From: Alphaproteobacteria bacterium
GTDB taxonomy: Bacteria; Pseudomonadota; Alphaproteobacteria; CAAHEQ01; UBA3637
DNA length: 40,701 nt
Assembly (NCBI GenBank): GCA_045635125.1
Contig: JAZRBO010000004.1
Location: forward strand, 1-40,701
Reading direction: 5' to 3'
Position numbers and translations under genes: made by a program. Below are positions 1-9,142 of the stretch, piece after piece. Each line of letters opens with the position of its first letter. The stretch's first letter is position 1. The notes under the pieces are model-generated. The model did no database searches. It was not told where the DNA came from and was given only the letters and a program-made list of their open reading frames with translations.

Positions 1-13
1 CTATTAATAAACA

Positions 14-58
14 AAACCGATGCGCCATTTTCCAATGACACATCGGTTTATTTTGCTT
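14..58 (+). terminator. Weak candidate intrinsic terminator for a gene ending left of the window
   Basis: Inverted repeat aaaccgatg (14-22) / catcggttt (41-49) followed by tttatttt. The 18-nt loop makes it weak. Confidence 0.3.
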
Positions 59-70
59 AGCAATATGCTA

Positions 71-118
71 CATGCATGCATGTATGTATGTATGTATGTA
101 TGTATGTATGTATGTATA
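71..118. repeat. Tetranucleotide microsatellite (CATG)3(TATG)8 plus a partial unit
   Basis: Read directly: catg x3 at 71-82, tatg x8 at 83-114, tata at 115-118. The 4-nt periodicity is uninterrupted over 48 bp of non-coding DNA. Confidence 0.95.
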
Positions 119-229
119 GAAATCCTTCATTTCCGTACATTTTCCTAATTTTCTTAACGCACACATTTTTTCTACATTTATCATACCAAAAATAAACCCT
201 ATTTACACACTCTTGTCAAGCATAAAAAA

Positions 230-256
230 TCCCCTTCACTCAATAAACGAAGGGGA
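230..256 (-). terminator. Intrinsic terminator downstream of rne
   Basis: tccccttc (230-237) pairs with gaagggga (249-256). On the minus strand the hairpin is followed by a T-run (complement of a-run 224-229) and starts 11 nt after the rne stop. Confidence 0.6.
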
Positions 257-267
257 GTAAAGTCACT

Positions 268-2556
268 TTAGTTCATCAATCGATTCCACCAACCGCCTTT
301 TTTGGGTGTTGGTTTTTCAATCTTTTTTTCCGATTGTCCTGCACTGAGTTCTGGCTCTATCGGAGCCGGCAAATGCGTTTCAACCGCAACCAGAGCATGC
401 TCTGATTTTTCCTCTTTTTTCACTGGTCTCCCTCGACGAGGTTTATCCTGATTTTGTTTTTCTGAACTTTCTGTTTCAACAACCGGCACTGATTTGTCTT
501 CGGCTGGCGAAACAGTTGCCTCATTTTTGTTTTGAGCTTTCCGTTTTTTTCGATCCCGATAACGCCCTTTCTTCGGTTTATCCGTGCGTTCAACATCGGC
601 CAGAGAAGCTTGCTCCACAACAGTAAAGTTTTCCGCTTCAATAACCTTTGATTGTGTTGCTTCCACAACCTGTTCATCCGTCATTTCCACTTCATGTTCC
701 GAACGCATATCGTTCAAAGCAGCCTGTTCTGCAGCTAATTGTTTTTGTTTTCTCCGCCAATCCCGACGCCGTTGATTCCGAGACCTCCGCCGTTTCCGAT
801 TAGCGTGAACATCTTCTTCTGTAGAAGGAGCATCCTCCTCAATCGGCGTTTCGATCGGTTGCTGTTTTTCAACATTCTTTTCTATCCGTTTTGGTGGAGC
901 AGGTGGTACAACGGGTACACTCACCCGTTCTCCATCTCCCCGTAAGCGTTCCAAACGGAAGTCAGACGGTTTATCCAAGGTGTTATCGCTTAAAATCTGA
1001 ATACGCAATTGGAACCGTTTTTCCAAAGAAATTAAATTGTCTCGTTTCACATTCAAAACATAGGTTGCAATTTCAGCTGGTACCGATAGAATAAGAGTAT
1101 TTCCTTGATTTTTAACACCGGCTTCTTCCAAAATATGGAGTGCATGCATAGCACATGATTCTGTCGACCGGATGACTCCTTTACCGCCACAGTGCGGACA
1201 CACCCGATAACTGCTTTCCAAAAAGCTGGAGTGTAACCGTTGCCGGGACATTTCCATTAATCCAAAACCGGATATTTTACCCACTTGGATACGGGCCCGA
1301 TCATGTTTTAACGCTTCTTTTAACCGCCGCTCAACTGCTGCATTGTTACGGGGTTCGTCCATATCAATAAAGTCAATAACAATAAGGCCGGCCAAATCCC
1401 GCAACCGAAGTTGACGAGCAATCTCATCACACGTTTCCAAATTGGTACGAAGAGCGGTTTCCTCAATATCATGTTCTCGTGTTGCCCGACCGGAGTTAAC
1501 ATCGACAGCCACCAAAGCTTCTGTCTGATCGATTACCAAATATCCGCCGGAACGCAATTGAACAATATTGTTGTGAATGGATTCCAATTGACCTTCAACC
1601 CGATATTCTTGAAAAAGAGGGACATCACCTTTATACTGCTTAATTTTCTTAGCCTGAGCCGGCATTAAAATTTTCATAAAATCACGAGCAGATTTAAAAA
1701 CGGACTCGCCTTCCACCCATATTTCATCAATATCTGGGGTAAACACATCACGCAAAGAACGTTTCACGATATCACCTTCTTCATGGATCAACATAGGTGC
1801 AATCGATTCTAACGTTTTTTCACGGATACGCATCCATGTTTTCATCAGGTAGTCAAAATCCCGCTTAATTTCTGTTTTTGTTTTTCCCTGACCGGCAGTA
1901 CGGATAATGACGCTCATTCCTTGGGGAATAGGCAATTTATCCACGATAGCCCGCAATGTTTTACGATCTTTGGCATTACTGATTTTACGGGAAACCCCAC
2001 CGCCTTTACCATTGTTTGGCATCAAAACGCTAAAACGACCAGCCAAAGACAGATAGGTAGTCAAGGCAGCCCCTTTATTTCCCCGTTCTTCCTTAATAAC
2101 CTGAATCAACATCACTTGCCCCTGACGGACAACTTCCTGAATTTTGTAGCGCCGAGAAAAAGACGGCCGATGACGAACAATATCATCTGCCTCGCTCACA
2201 GTTTCGACATCGGAGCTTACTTCAACATCACTTGCTTCTTTAATGTTTCGTTCTTCGGATTGATTTTGTTCGGCTGCGATTTGCTCCTTTAAAGCCTCCC
2301 GATCGGCGACAGGAATCTGATAATAGTCTGGGTGAATTTCGCCAAAAGCCAAAAAGCCATGCCGATTACCACCGTATTCGACAAAAGCCGCCTGCAAAGA
2401 AGGTTCAACCCGAACAACCTTTGCTAAATAAATATTTCCTTTAATTTGTTTTTTTGTGGATGTATCGACATCTAGTTCATCTAATCTCCCATCCTCCAAC
2501 ACAACGACGCGGGTTTCTTCCGAATGCGTCGCATCGATAAGCATTTTTTTTGCCAT
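268..2556 (-). CDS. rne: Ribonuclease E
   Basis: 762-aa ORF. It has an N-terminal S1 domain (GNIYLAKVVRVEPSLQAAFVEYGGNRHGFL), a catalytic core with VDVNSG, a Zn-link CPHCGGKG, and a long Arg/Lys/Glu-rich low-complexity C-terminal tail typical of RNase E. Confidence 0.92.
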   Translation of the reverse strand: MAKKMLIDATHSEETRVVVLEDGRLDELDVDTSTKKQIKGNIYLAKVVRVEPSLQAAFVEYGGNRHGFLAFGEIHPDYYQIPVADREALKEQIAAEQNQSEERNIKEASDVEVSSDVETVSEADDIVRHRPSFSRRYKIQEVVRQGQVMLIQVIKEERGNKGAALTTYLSLAGRFSVLMPNNGKGGGVSRKISNAKDRKTLRAIVDKLPIPQGMSVIIRTAGQGKTKTEIKRDFDYLMKTWMRIREKTLESIAPMLIHEEGDIVKRSLRDVFTPDIDEIWVEGESVFKSARDFMKILMPAQAKKIKQYKGDVPLFQEYRVEGQLESIHNNIVQLRSGGYLVIDQTEALVAVDVNSGRATREHDIEETALRTNLETCDEIARQLRLRDLAGLIVIDFIDMDEPRNNAAVERRLKEALKHDRARIQVGKISGFGLMEMSRQRLHSSFLESSYRVCPHCGGKGVIRSTESCAMHALHILEEAGVKNQGNTLILSVPAEIATYVLNVKRDNLISLEKRFQLRIQILSDNTLDKPSDFRLERLRGDGERVSVPVVPPAPPKRIEKNVEKQQPIETPIEEDAPSTEEDVHANRKRRRSRNQRRRDWRRKQKQLAAEQAALNDMRSEHEVEMTDEQVVEATQSKVIEAENFTVVEQASLADVERTDKPKKGRYRDRKKRKAQNKNEATVSPAEDKSVPVVETESSEKQNQDKPRRGRPVKKEEKSEHALVAVETHLPAPIEPELSAGQSEKKIEKPTPKKGGWWNRLMN

Positions 2557-2793
2557 ATAAAATTAATCTCCCAAAAATGTAATAGTGAAACAAAGGCCAT
2601 TTTGACCTTTTTCGTCAACAGCGACAAAGTAAAACCGTGGGCATACATGTCCTTTATGTCATTCATTAAATCCGTCACGGTTTTTCTCCTAATGTTAAAA
2701 AGAATTTGGGCAATCGTTTTTCAATTGCATTTTTGATTATATCGGTATATGAATAAATAAGCAAGTTTTTTCTATAACAGACAGGTATTTTTT

Positions 2794-3939
2794 ATGAAAT
2801 ACATTTTATGGGTTTTATTTATTGCTGTAATGGTTCTGATCGGGGACAGAGTCTCTGCAGCCATGATTCAGGACATTCGGATGGCATCTCGCTCCGCCGA
2901 TACAGTGCGCATTGTTGTAGATTTATCTGATAAGGCAGAAGCTGTTGTCTTTCGCCTTAAATCACCGGAAAGACTTGTTCTTGACTTTAAAAAAACATCA
3001 TTTAATCAGGAAAACAAGGCGCGTACATTACCGGCAACAAGCTTTATTAAAGGGGCTAGAACAGGGGGTCCTAATGCCAACACGGCACGCATTGTGATTG
3101 ACTTACCAGCGGAGCAACTGACTGAAAAACATTTCTTACTAAAACCACAAGGCGGAAATCCCTATCGATTTGTAATTGACCTAACCCGGGCAACTGGTGG
3201 CATGATCCCGGCCGCATCGACATCGTCAAATGTCGGATTACAACCATTTCGAAACAAAAAAACAAAGGTCATTATGCTTGATCCGGGACACGGCGGACAA
3301 GATCCAGGGGCTATTTCTAAGAATGGCCACTACGAAAAAGATTTAACTTTAAAAATGGCGCGGGAATTACGAGATGAATTGAAAAAAGAAGGATATAAAG
3401 TTCTTTTGACTCGTGATTCTGATATTTTTATTCCCCTACGTGGTCGCATCAAAAAAGCGCATGAAGCCAATGCTGATTTATTTATTTCTATTCATGCCGA
3501 CAGTGCTAAAAACAAATCGGCTCGAGGATTATCCGTTTATACAATTTCTGAAAAAGCTTCGGATGCTGAAGCTGCTGCATTAGCGGAACGAGAAAATAAA
3601 GCTGACATTATTTTAGGCATGGATTTAGGGGAATACCAACCGGAAGTCGGCAATATTCTAATTGACTTTGCCAAAAAACACACGATGGAACAATCCGCCA
3701 TTTATGCCGACCATGTTGTATCGGAAATGAAAAAACGAGTCACTCTCGTCCCGAATGCTCACCGGTTTGCTGGTTTTGTCGTCTTAAAATCTGCCAATAT
3801 TCCCTCTGTTTTGGTTGAACTCGGTTATTTATCCAACAAATCAGAAGAAAAACAATTACAGAAAAAAGCCTATCGTAAAAAGCTGGCTGAAGCTCTAACC
3901 CGAGCCATCAAAATCTATTTTGATGAAACAAAGGAATAA
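2794..3939 (+). CDS. amiC: N-acetylmuramoyl-L-alanine amidase (AMIN domain plus Amidase_3 domain, AmiC type)
   Basis: Signal peptide, then an AMIN-like repeat (VRIVVDL...LVLDF, ARIVIDL...FVIDL), then an amidase_3 core (IMLDPGHGGQDPGA ... FISIHADS ... VLVELGYLSN). Confidence 0.85.
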   Translation: MKYILWVLFIAVMVLIGDRVSAAMIQDIRMASRSADTVRIVVDLSDKAEAVVFRLKSPERLVLDFKKTSFNQENKARTLPATSFIKGARTGGPNANTARIVIDLPAEQLTEKHFLLKPQGGNPYRFVIDLTRATGGMIPAASTSSNVGLQPFRNKKTKVIMLDPGHGGQDPGAISKNGHYEKDLTLKMARELRDELKKEGYKVLLTRDSDIFIPLRGRIKKAHEANADLFISIHADSAKNKSARGLSVYTISEKASDAEAAALAERENKADIILGMDLGEYQPEVGNILIDFAKKHTMEQSAIYADHVVSEMKKRVTLVPNAHRFAGFVVLKSANIPSVLVELGYLSNKSEEKQLQKKAYRKKLAEALTRAIKIYFDETKE

Positions 3940-3941
3940 TC

Positions 3942-4565
3942 TTATTTACCGGATAACAAGGCTTTAATAGGTGCATATGATCGCCTATGGTGGGACGTAA
4001 TTCCGTATTGTTGCAAAGCCTCTATGTGTGCTTTGGTACCATATCCCGCATTTTTATCCCATCCATAAGCAGGATATTCTTTCGCTAAATCCGTCATGAT
4101 ATGATCCCTTGTCACTTTAGCAACAATCGAAGCGGCCGCTATAGACAGAGACAACGCATCACCCTTAATAATAGCCCGACACGGTATATCCCATTTTGGC
4201 AAACGGTTTCCATCGATAAGGGCATAATTAGGACTAAATCCTTTTTCCCGAACTTGATCCAAAGCCCGTTTCATAGCTAGAAAAGAGGCTTGTAAAATAT
4301 TAATCTCATCTATTTCAGCAGCCGATGCTTGACCAATACCGACCAATGCATTTGAAGCCATAATCTTAGGAAACAAAGCCTCCCTCTTTGCGGTGGTTAA
4401 TTTTTTAGAATCATTAATTGCTGTTGCCAGTTCAAAAGGAATCTCTTGTTGAGGCCAACACACACAGGCAGCAACGACTGGCCCACACCAAGGTCCTCGG
4501 CCGGCTTCATCCAAACCAAACACCAACCCATTTCCACAGGCTTTTTCATATGTAAAATCAGGCAT
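3942..4565 (-). CDS. rnhB: Ribonuclease HII
   Basis: 207 aa with the GLDEAGRGPWCGPVVAA catalytic motif and an RNase HII-like remainder. Its start overlaps the upstream peptidase stop by 8 nt. Confidence 0.9.
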   Translation of the reverse strand: MPDFTYEKACGNGLVFGLDEAGRGPWCGPVVAACVCWPQQEIPFELATAINDSKKLTTAKREALFPKIMASNALVGIGQASAAEIDEINILQASFLAMKRALDQVREKGFSPNYALIDGNRLPKWDIPCRAIIKGDALSLSIAAASIVAKVTRDHIMTDLAKEYPAYGWDKNAGYGTKAHIEALQQYGITSHHRRSYAPIKALLSGK

Positions 4566-5817
4566 TTTTTAACCGTTCACAGATTTGTTCATACGACATA
4601 ACCTGCCCTATTGGACCCAAAGCTGATACCGTTGGTTTACCCGAAAACAGGCGACGGGCAGCCCGCTGTAAGACAGAAGCATTCAGCGCTTCAATCTGGG
4701 CAATTACCTCTTCTTTAGGAACAATACGCCCCCGAATCAACATGTCCATAGCATTTCCTTCAGCATGCGTATTCCAATTTTCCTCACGCATTAAAAGACG
4801 AGCCTTTAACTGTTGTTTTGCCCGTTGAATTTCACTTTCTTTCAATGTGTCGGGCAATGCTAAAATCTCATCACACAGGACAGGAATCAATTCGGCGGCC
4901 TCCTTCTCACCCGTACCGGCATAAATACCGAACGTACCCGTATCTGCTTCTGGCGCATTAAAGGCATAGATACTGTAAACAAGGCCCCTTTTTTCACGAA
5001 TTTCCTGAAAGAGACGAGACGACATCCCTCCCCCAAATAAAGAAGCCAAAACGGCAGCGGCATAATAATCCGGATGGGTATATCCACATCCTTCAAACCC
5101 GACAACTAAATTGACCTGCTCATTGGCTTTTTTCTGATAAGAGGCTCCTCCCACATATTGGGCAGGCTCTGGCTTTTCAATATTTCCGCTTGCAATATTC
5201 CCAAACATACGTTCACAGTGTGCAACCATTTGATCTGCATCAAAATCACCTGCAACACTAATAATCATCCGACCAGCCAAATATTGCCGATGCATGTAGG
5301 CCAAAAGCGTTTCACTTGTCACAGCACGGACCGTTTCAGGTGTCCCTAAAATTGTCCGTCCTAATGGCTGATTCGGATAAGCTGCCGCACTGTACAAATC
5401 AAAGACCAAATCATCCGGTGTATCATTACTCATATTAATTTCTTGAATGATCACCCCTTGTTCACGAGCCAACTCATCTTTATCCATGACAGAGTTTTGT
5501 AAGATGTCTGCAATAATATTCATACCCAGATTTAAATCACTTTTTAAAACCTTCACATAATATGCTGTCACGTCCCGTCCGGTATAAGCGTTCATAATAC
5601 CGCCGACATCTTCTATTTCACGTGAAATATCAAAGGCCGTTCGGGTCGTTGTCCCCTTAAAAGCCATATGCTCCAACACATGAGAAATTCCATTTATTTC
5701 TGGTGTTTCAAAACGGGCACCAACGCCTACCCAAACGCCGAAAGAAATACTTTCGCATAAAGAATTGGTATCCGTAATCAAACGGATACCATTAGATAAA
5801 GTATGTGTTTTAATCAT
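4558..5817 (-). CDS. M16 family zinc peptidase (pitrilysin / processing-peptidase-like)
   Basis: 419 aa with the inverted zinc motif HVLEHMAFKGT (HxxEH) near the N-terminus and a two-lobed M16 organisation. Confidence 0.85.
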   Translation of the reverse strand: MIKTHTLSNGIRLITDTNSLCESISFGVWVGVGARFETPEINGISHVLEHMAFKGTTTRTAFDISREIEDVGGIMNAYTGRDVTAYYVKVLKSDLNLGMNIIADILQNSVMDKDELAREQGVIIQEINMSNDTPDDLVFDLYSAAAYPNQPLGRTILGTPETVRAVTSETLLAYMHRQYLAGRMIISVAGDFDADQMVAHCERMFGNIASGNIEKPEPAQYVGGASYQKKANEQVNLVVGFEGCGYTHPDYYAAAVLASLFGGGMSSRLFQEIREKRGLVYSIYAFNAPEADTGTFGIYAGTGEKEAAELIPVLCDEILALPDTLKESEIQRAKQQLKARLLMREENWNTHAEGNAMDMLIRGRIVPKEEVIAQIEALNASVLQRAARRLFSGKPTVSALGPIGQVMSYEQICERLKNA

Positions 5818-6778
5818 TTTTAGGTGTCTCTAAGTATAATAAATTAGTAACTGTCTGACCGGCAGCCTTTAACGGAGTAAGAACTGACTTTGATTCACGA
5901 GGAATCGGCGTAACCTGAATGGTTCGTGCCGGAATAGCAGTTCCCGCCCCTGACTGTACCGGTACAACTGGCGTATTAACCTCCGGCACGACCGGATCTG
6001 GTTGTGCTTGCGATTCTGCCGTCTGTTTTGTTTCTTCCGTTTTTGTGTTTGAAACGGATGTATCTCCCGCCAATTGAGGGGCTACAATTTTTTGATTAAC
6101 AATAATTTGATCAATTACAATTGCTTCCTGTTGTGGCGTATTTTTTCCTGTCAAACGCATCAAAACATAACCACTCTTCTCTCCCTGGACAGATTCGCCA
6201 ACTCCGAAAGTATAGTACCCGCCGATAAAGCCATAATCAAAATCAATATAGTCGATATTAAAAGAGGCATTCACTGATGTATTTCCTGTTTCCGTGATAT
6301 GGCACGAAAAATCGGGAATCGTCCATTCCACTTTATCAACATAGGCAACATTTAAACGGGAAATAACTGCCTCGCAACGGGGAATTGTTTGATTGGCCTG
6401 AACCTGAAAATCCAACACGACATTTAATTGTGGGGTACCGTTTGTTAATTTTGTATCGACAATATTAACAGATGGGATAACAATATCTGTTGCGGCAAAA
6501 GCGGCCTGAGCCGGTATCTGAATCCCTTCGTTCAAACACACATGAGAAATAGGATCAGCCTCACAAATTAGGGCTTTTTTACCGATATTTTCCCCCATCA
6601 TTTGATTAACTTTGTTAAACAAGAATCCCCGTGTCATTGAATAACTGGCCGCAGCACACTGATGCGCCCGACACACCAATACTGAAGATGGAATGGCTGG
6701 CATCTGTGCTTCAGCCTGTCCGATTCCCATAATACCCAACAAAGTAGCTCCGATACAAATTCCCGAATAAATTTTCAT
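5810..6778 (-). CDS. Secreted hypothetical protein with a Pro/Thr/Gln-rich C-terminus
   Basis: 322-aa ORF with a signal peptide (MKIYSGICIGATLLGIMGIGQAEA) and several Cys pairs. Its stop overlaps the M16 peptidase start by 8 nt. No recognisable motif. Confidence 0.6.
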   Translation of the reverse strand: MKIYSGICIGATLLGIMGIGQAEAQMPAIPSSVLVCRAHQCAAASYSMTRGFLFNKVNQMMGENIGKKALICEADPISHVCLNEGIQIPAQAAFAATDIVIPSVNIVDTKLTNGTPQLNVVLDFQVQANQTIPRCEAVISRLNVAYVDKVEWTIPDFSCHITETGNTSVNASFNIDYIDFDYGFIGGYYTFGVGESVQGEKSGYVLMRLTGKNTPQQEAIVIDQIIVNQKIVAPQLAGDTSVSNTKTEETKQTAESQAQPDPVVPEVNTPVVPVQSGAGTAIPARTIQVTPIPRESKSVLTPLKAAGQTVTNLLYLETPKND

Positions 6779-6857
6779 GTTGTTTTCCTTTATGTTAAAG
6801 AATGATATACCATATTAAGCACAAAAATAAATCAATTGCAACAATAATCTGCAAGAT

Positions 6858-7868
6858 TTAAAGGGCGCTTAATTCATCCTCCAAAGCGATCATATCATCC
6901 GGCATAGGAGCTTCAAAGCACAACCGCTCATCCGTTCGGGGATGAGTAAACCCTAAAAATCCGGCATGTAAAGCCTGTCTTGGGAAGTATTTAGCACATT
7001 CAGGGGCGCCCCTTGGAATAACACCGTAAACAGGATCTCCAATTAATGAATGCCCCAAGGATGCCATATGCACCCGAATCTGGTGTGTCCGTCCTGTTTC
7101 TAAAATACATTGAATATGGGAGGCTATTCCGCCACCAAAAACAGCCACCCGTTCATAGTGCGTTACCGCCTTTTTACCATTACGGGTCACAATAGCCATT
7201 TTTTGCCGATTTTGTGGAGAACGACCAATATCTCCTGTTACGACGCCTGTTGTTTTTTGAACATATCCCCAAACAAAAGCCTGATAAATTCGTTCAATTG
7301 TGTGTTCCGCGAACTGTTCTGATAATCGTTGATGCGTCCAATCATTTTTAGCAACGACCAAGATACCACTTGTGTCCTTGTCAATACGATGAACTATACC
7401 AGGACGCTTAACACCACCTATTCCCGACAAAGAATCCTGACAGTGTGCCAACAATGCATTCACAAGGGTTCCTCTTGGATTACCGGCTCCGGGATGAACG
7501 ACAAGACCGGCCGGTTTGTTAACAACCAACAAATCGTCATCTTCATATAAGATATCTAAGGGAATCGCTTCCGGTTCCGGATGCGCGGGTACAGCTTCTG
7601 GAGGCGTCATTTCATAGATATCTCCGGCTTTAACTTTATCATCAACGGCGAGAATACGCTCTCTATCTGATTGCAGACGCACTTGATCTGCCTCGATAAT
7701 ACGAGCAACTCCACTGCGTGAAAATTGTGGAAAACACAAGGCCAAAAATTTATCTAAACGCATTTTAGCTTGTTCTTCTGTTACTTTAGGCGTGACAAAA
7801 ACACCTGTTTCGGGATATACTGTTTCCGAATCGACAGATTCTGTATCCCATATATCATCTATTTGCAT
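6858..7868 (-). CDS. rluD: 23S rRNA pseudouridine synthase, RluD family
   Basis: S4 domain (MRLDKFLALCF...GVARII) and catalytic motif HRIDKDTSGILVVAK. The start is placed at ATG 7868 (MQIDDIW) because AAGGAG lies 6 nt upstream. The track ORF extends to 7904. Confidence 0.85.
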   Translation of the reverse strand: MQIDDIWDTESVDSETVYPETGVFVTPKVTEEQAKMRLDKFLALCFPQFSRSGVARIIEADQVRLQSDRERILAVDDKVKAGDIYEMTPPEAVPAHPEPEAIPLDILYEDDDLLVVNKPAGLVVHPGAGNPRGTLVNALLAHCQDSLSGIGGVKRPGIVHRIDKDTSGILVVAKNDWTHQRLSEQFAEHTIERIYQAFVWGYVQKTTGVVTGDIGRSPQNRQKMAIVTRNGKKAVTHYERVAVFGGGIASHIQCILETGRTHQIRVHMASLGHSLIGDPVYGVIPRGAPECAKYFPRQALHAGFLGFTHPRTDERLCFEAPMPDDMIALEDELSAL

Positions 7869-7889
7869 TTTCAACTCCTTGGAGAAACG

Positions 7890-8192
7890 ATGAAAACAAT
7901 CCACTTACTCAAAATCACAACGGGCTTATTGGCATTTTTTATCCTGATCGGCCTTGTTTTAGTTATTACTAAGTTATCAGAAAACGCCTCGAAACGCAAG
8001 CCTGTCTTGCCAAAAACAACAACCTTTTCCCTGCCCTTTCCGGAAGATATTAACCATACACTCCCATGCGGCGATTTTTTGTGCCTCATGACAGAGGGCC
8101 ATCCAGAAGGTCGACGCCTGATAATTGTTGATCCACAATCCGGTCACATTACACATATTGTTCAATTTCCGGAAAAGAAAGACCAACCTTAG
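7890..8192 (+). CDS. Small membrane-anchored hypothetical protein (100 aa)
   Basis: ATG at 7890 is preceded by GGAG (7881-7884). It has an N-terminal TM helix (ITTGLLAFFILIGLVLVITKL). The track ORF from 7770 would overlap rluD, so the internal start is preferred. Confidence 0.55.
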   Translation: MKTIHLLKITTGLLAFFILIGLVLVITKLSENASKRKPVLPKTTTFSLPFPEDINHTLPCGDFLCLMTEGHPEGRRLIIVDPQSGHITHIVQFPEKKDQP

Positions 8193-9142
8193 CCCGAGAC
8201 AAGTAACTCCCGAACACGTTCTGCGATTGTAAAAGCGGCATTCAAACTTCCTTTTGGTTCTATTCGACTACCACCTAAGGGGGCTGCATATCCCTCTCGA
8301 TACAACGTAGCATGGAAACGTTTATGTTTTGGCCCCATCATTTCTTCTGGAGCAAAAATAAAGACAGGCACACCAGCGGCACAACACTCTGAACACATGG
8401 AAATAGAATCCCCTGTCACAACAATTTCATCGGCATAAGCCAATAATCCGAAATACGGATTTTCACCAGCATCTCCATACCGGTAAAAAAAAGACGGCGT
8501 TGGTAAATTCTGCTCTAATAAGGAAACAATCTCTGGCGGCGTTCGACGAGATGTTGTCACTAAAACAGAACCCGGCTGTAATGACTTGACTTTTTCAATT
8601 AATTCTTGAGCCATATCTATAGTAAACGGCTTATCTTTTGTTGCGCCACCAACAATTAAGGCCACTCGCTTGGATGGATAGACCCCTAATATTTTTTTCC
8701 AATATTGACGTTCTGACTTTAAGCGATTGCCTGTCACTCGATGCGGCGCTCCTGTCACAACAGAAACATTATCTGCCCGCCCATTATATTTGTCATGCGC
8801 CGGTAAAATAATCAAATCTGCTTTATTAGCTCCCCAATACCCTGGATTCATTAATTGAACAACTTTTGTTTTGCCGCCGGATTTTTTTTGAATGTAACGA
8901 GCAACCGGAAAAGAACGACGACCGGCACTCAAAACAACATCCGGCCAAGGTTCACACAAATTTTGTTGTGATTCTGATGTAATACCAACACAAGAGCTCC
9001 CCCGTAAACAATTAGGTAAACGCACCCATTTTGTATATCGGATATCTTTTCTCTCATACGGTTCGCCAAGAACATCAGCTATTCCCAACAATTGATTGAC
9101 ATTACCGGCCCGATCATCGGCCAAAACCCACACACGCGTCAT
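8189..9142 (-). CDS. ELM1/DUF1022-family protein (mitochondrial-fission-ELM1-like, function unknown in bacteria)
   Basis: 317 aa. The N-terminus VWVLADDRAGNVNQLLGIADVLG and overall length match my memory of this family, which is common in alphaproteobacteria. Confidence 0.65.
   Translation of the reverse strand: MTRVWVLADDRAGNVNQLLGIADVLGEPYERKDIRYTKWVRLPNCLRGSSCVGITSESQQNLCEPWPDVVLSAGRRSFPVARYIQKKSGGKTKVVQLMNPGYWGANKADLIILPAHDKYNGRADNVSVVTGAPHRVTGNRLKSERQYWKKILGVYPSKRVALIVGGATKDKPFTIDMAQELIEKVKSLQPGSVLVTTSRRTPPEIVSLLEQNLPTPSFFYRYGDAGENPYFGLLAYADEIVVTGDSISMCSECCAAGVPVFIFAPEEMMGPKHKRFHATLYREGYAAPLGGSRIEPKGSLNAAFTIAERVRELLVSG

Noticed and set aside
420-2292. Track ORFs overlapping rne (420-677, 584-775, 739-945, 891-1094, 1320-1502, 1411-1668, 1921-2292)
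   Set aside because: They are embedded in or antisense to the RNase E frame. Their products are Arg/Ser/Cys-rich nonsense typical of alternative frames.
2481-2736. ORFs 2481-2678 (minus) and 2524-2736 (plus) in the rne/amiC divergent region
   Set aside because: They overlap the rne 5' end or each other, have no SD and no recognisable product. The region is more plausibly the long rne leader plus the amiC promoter.
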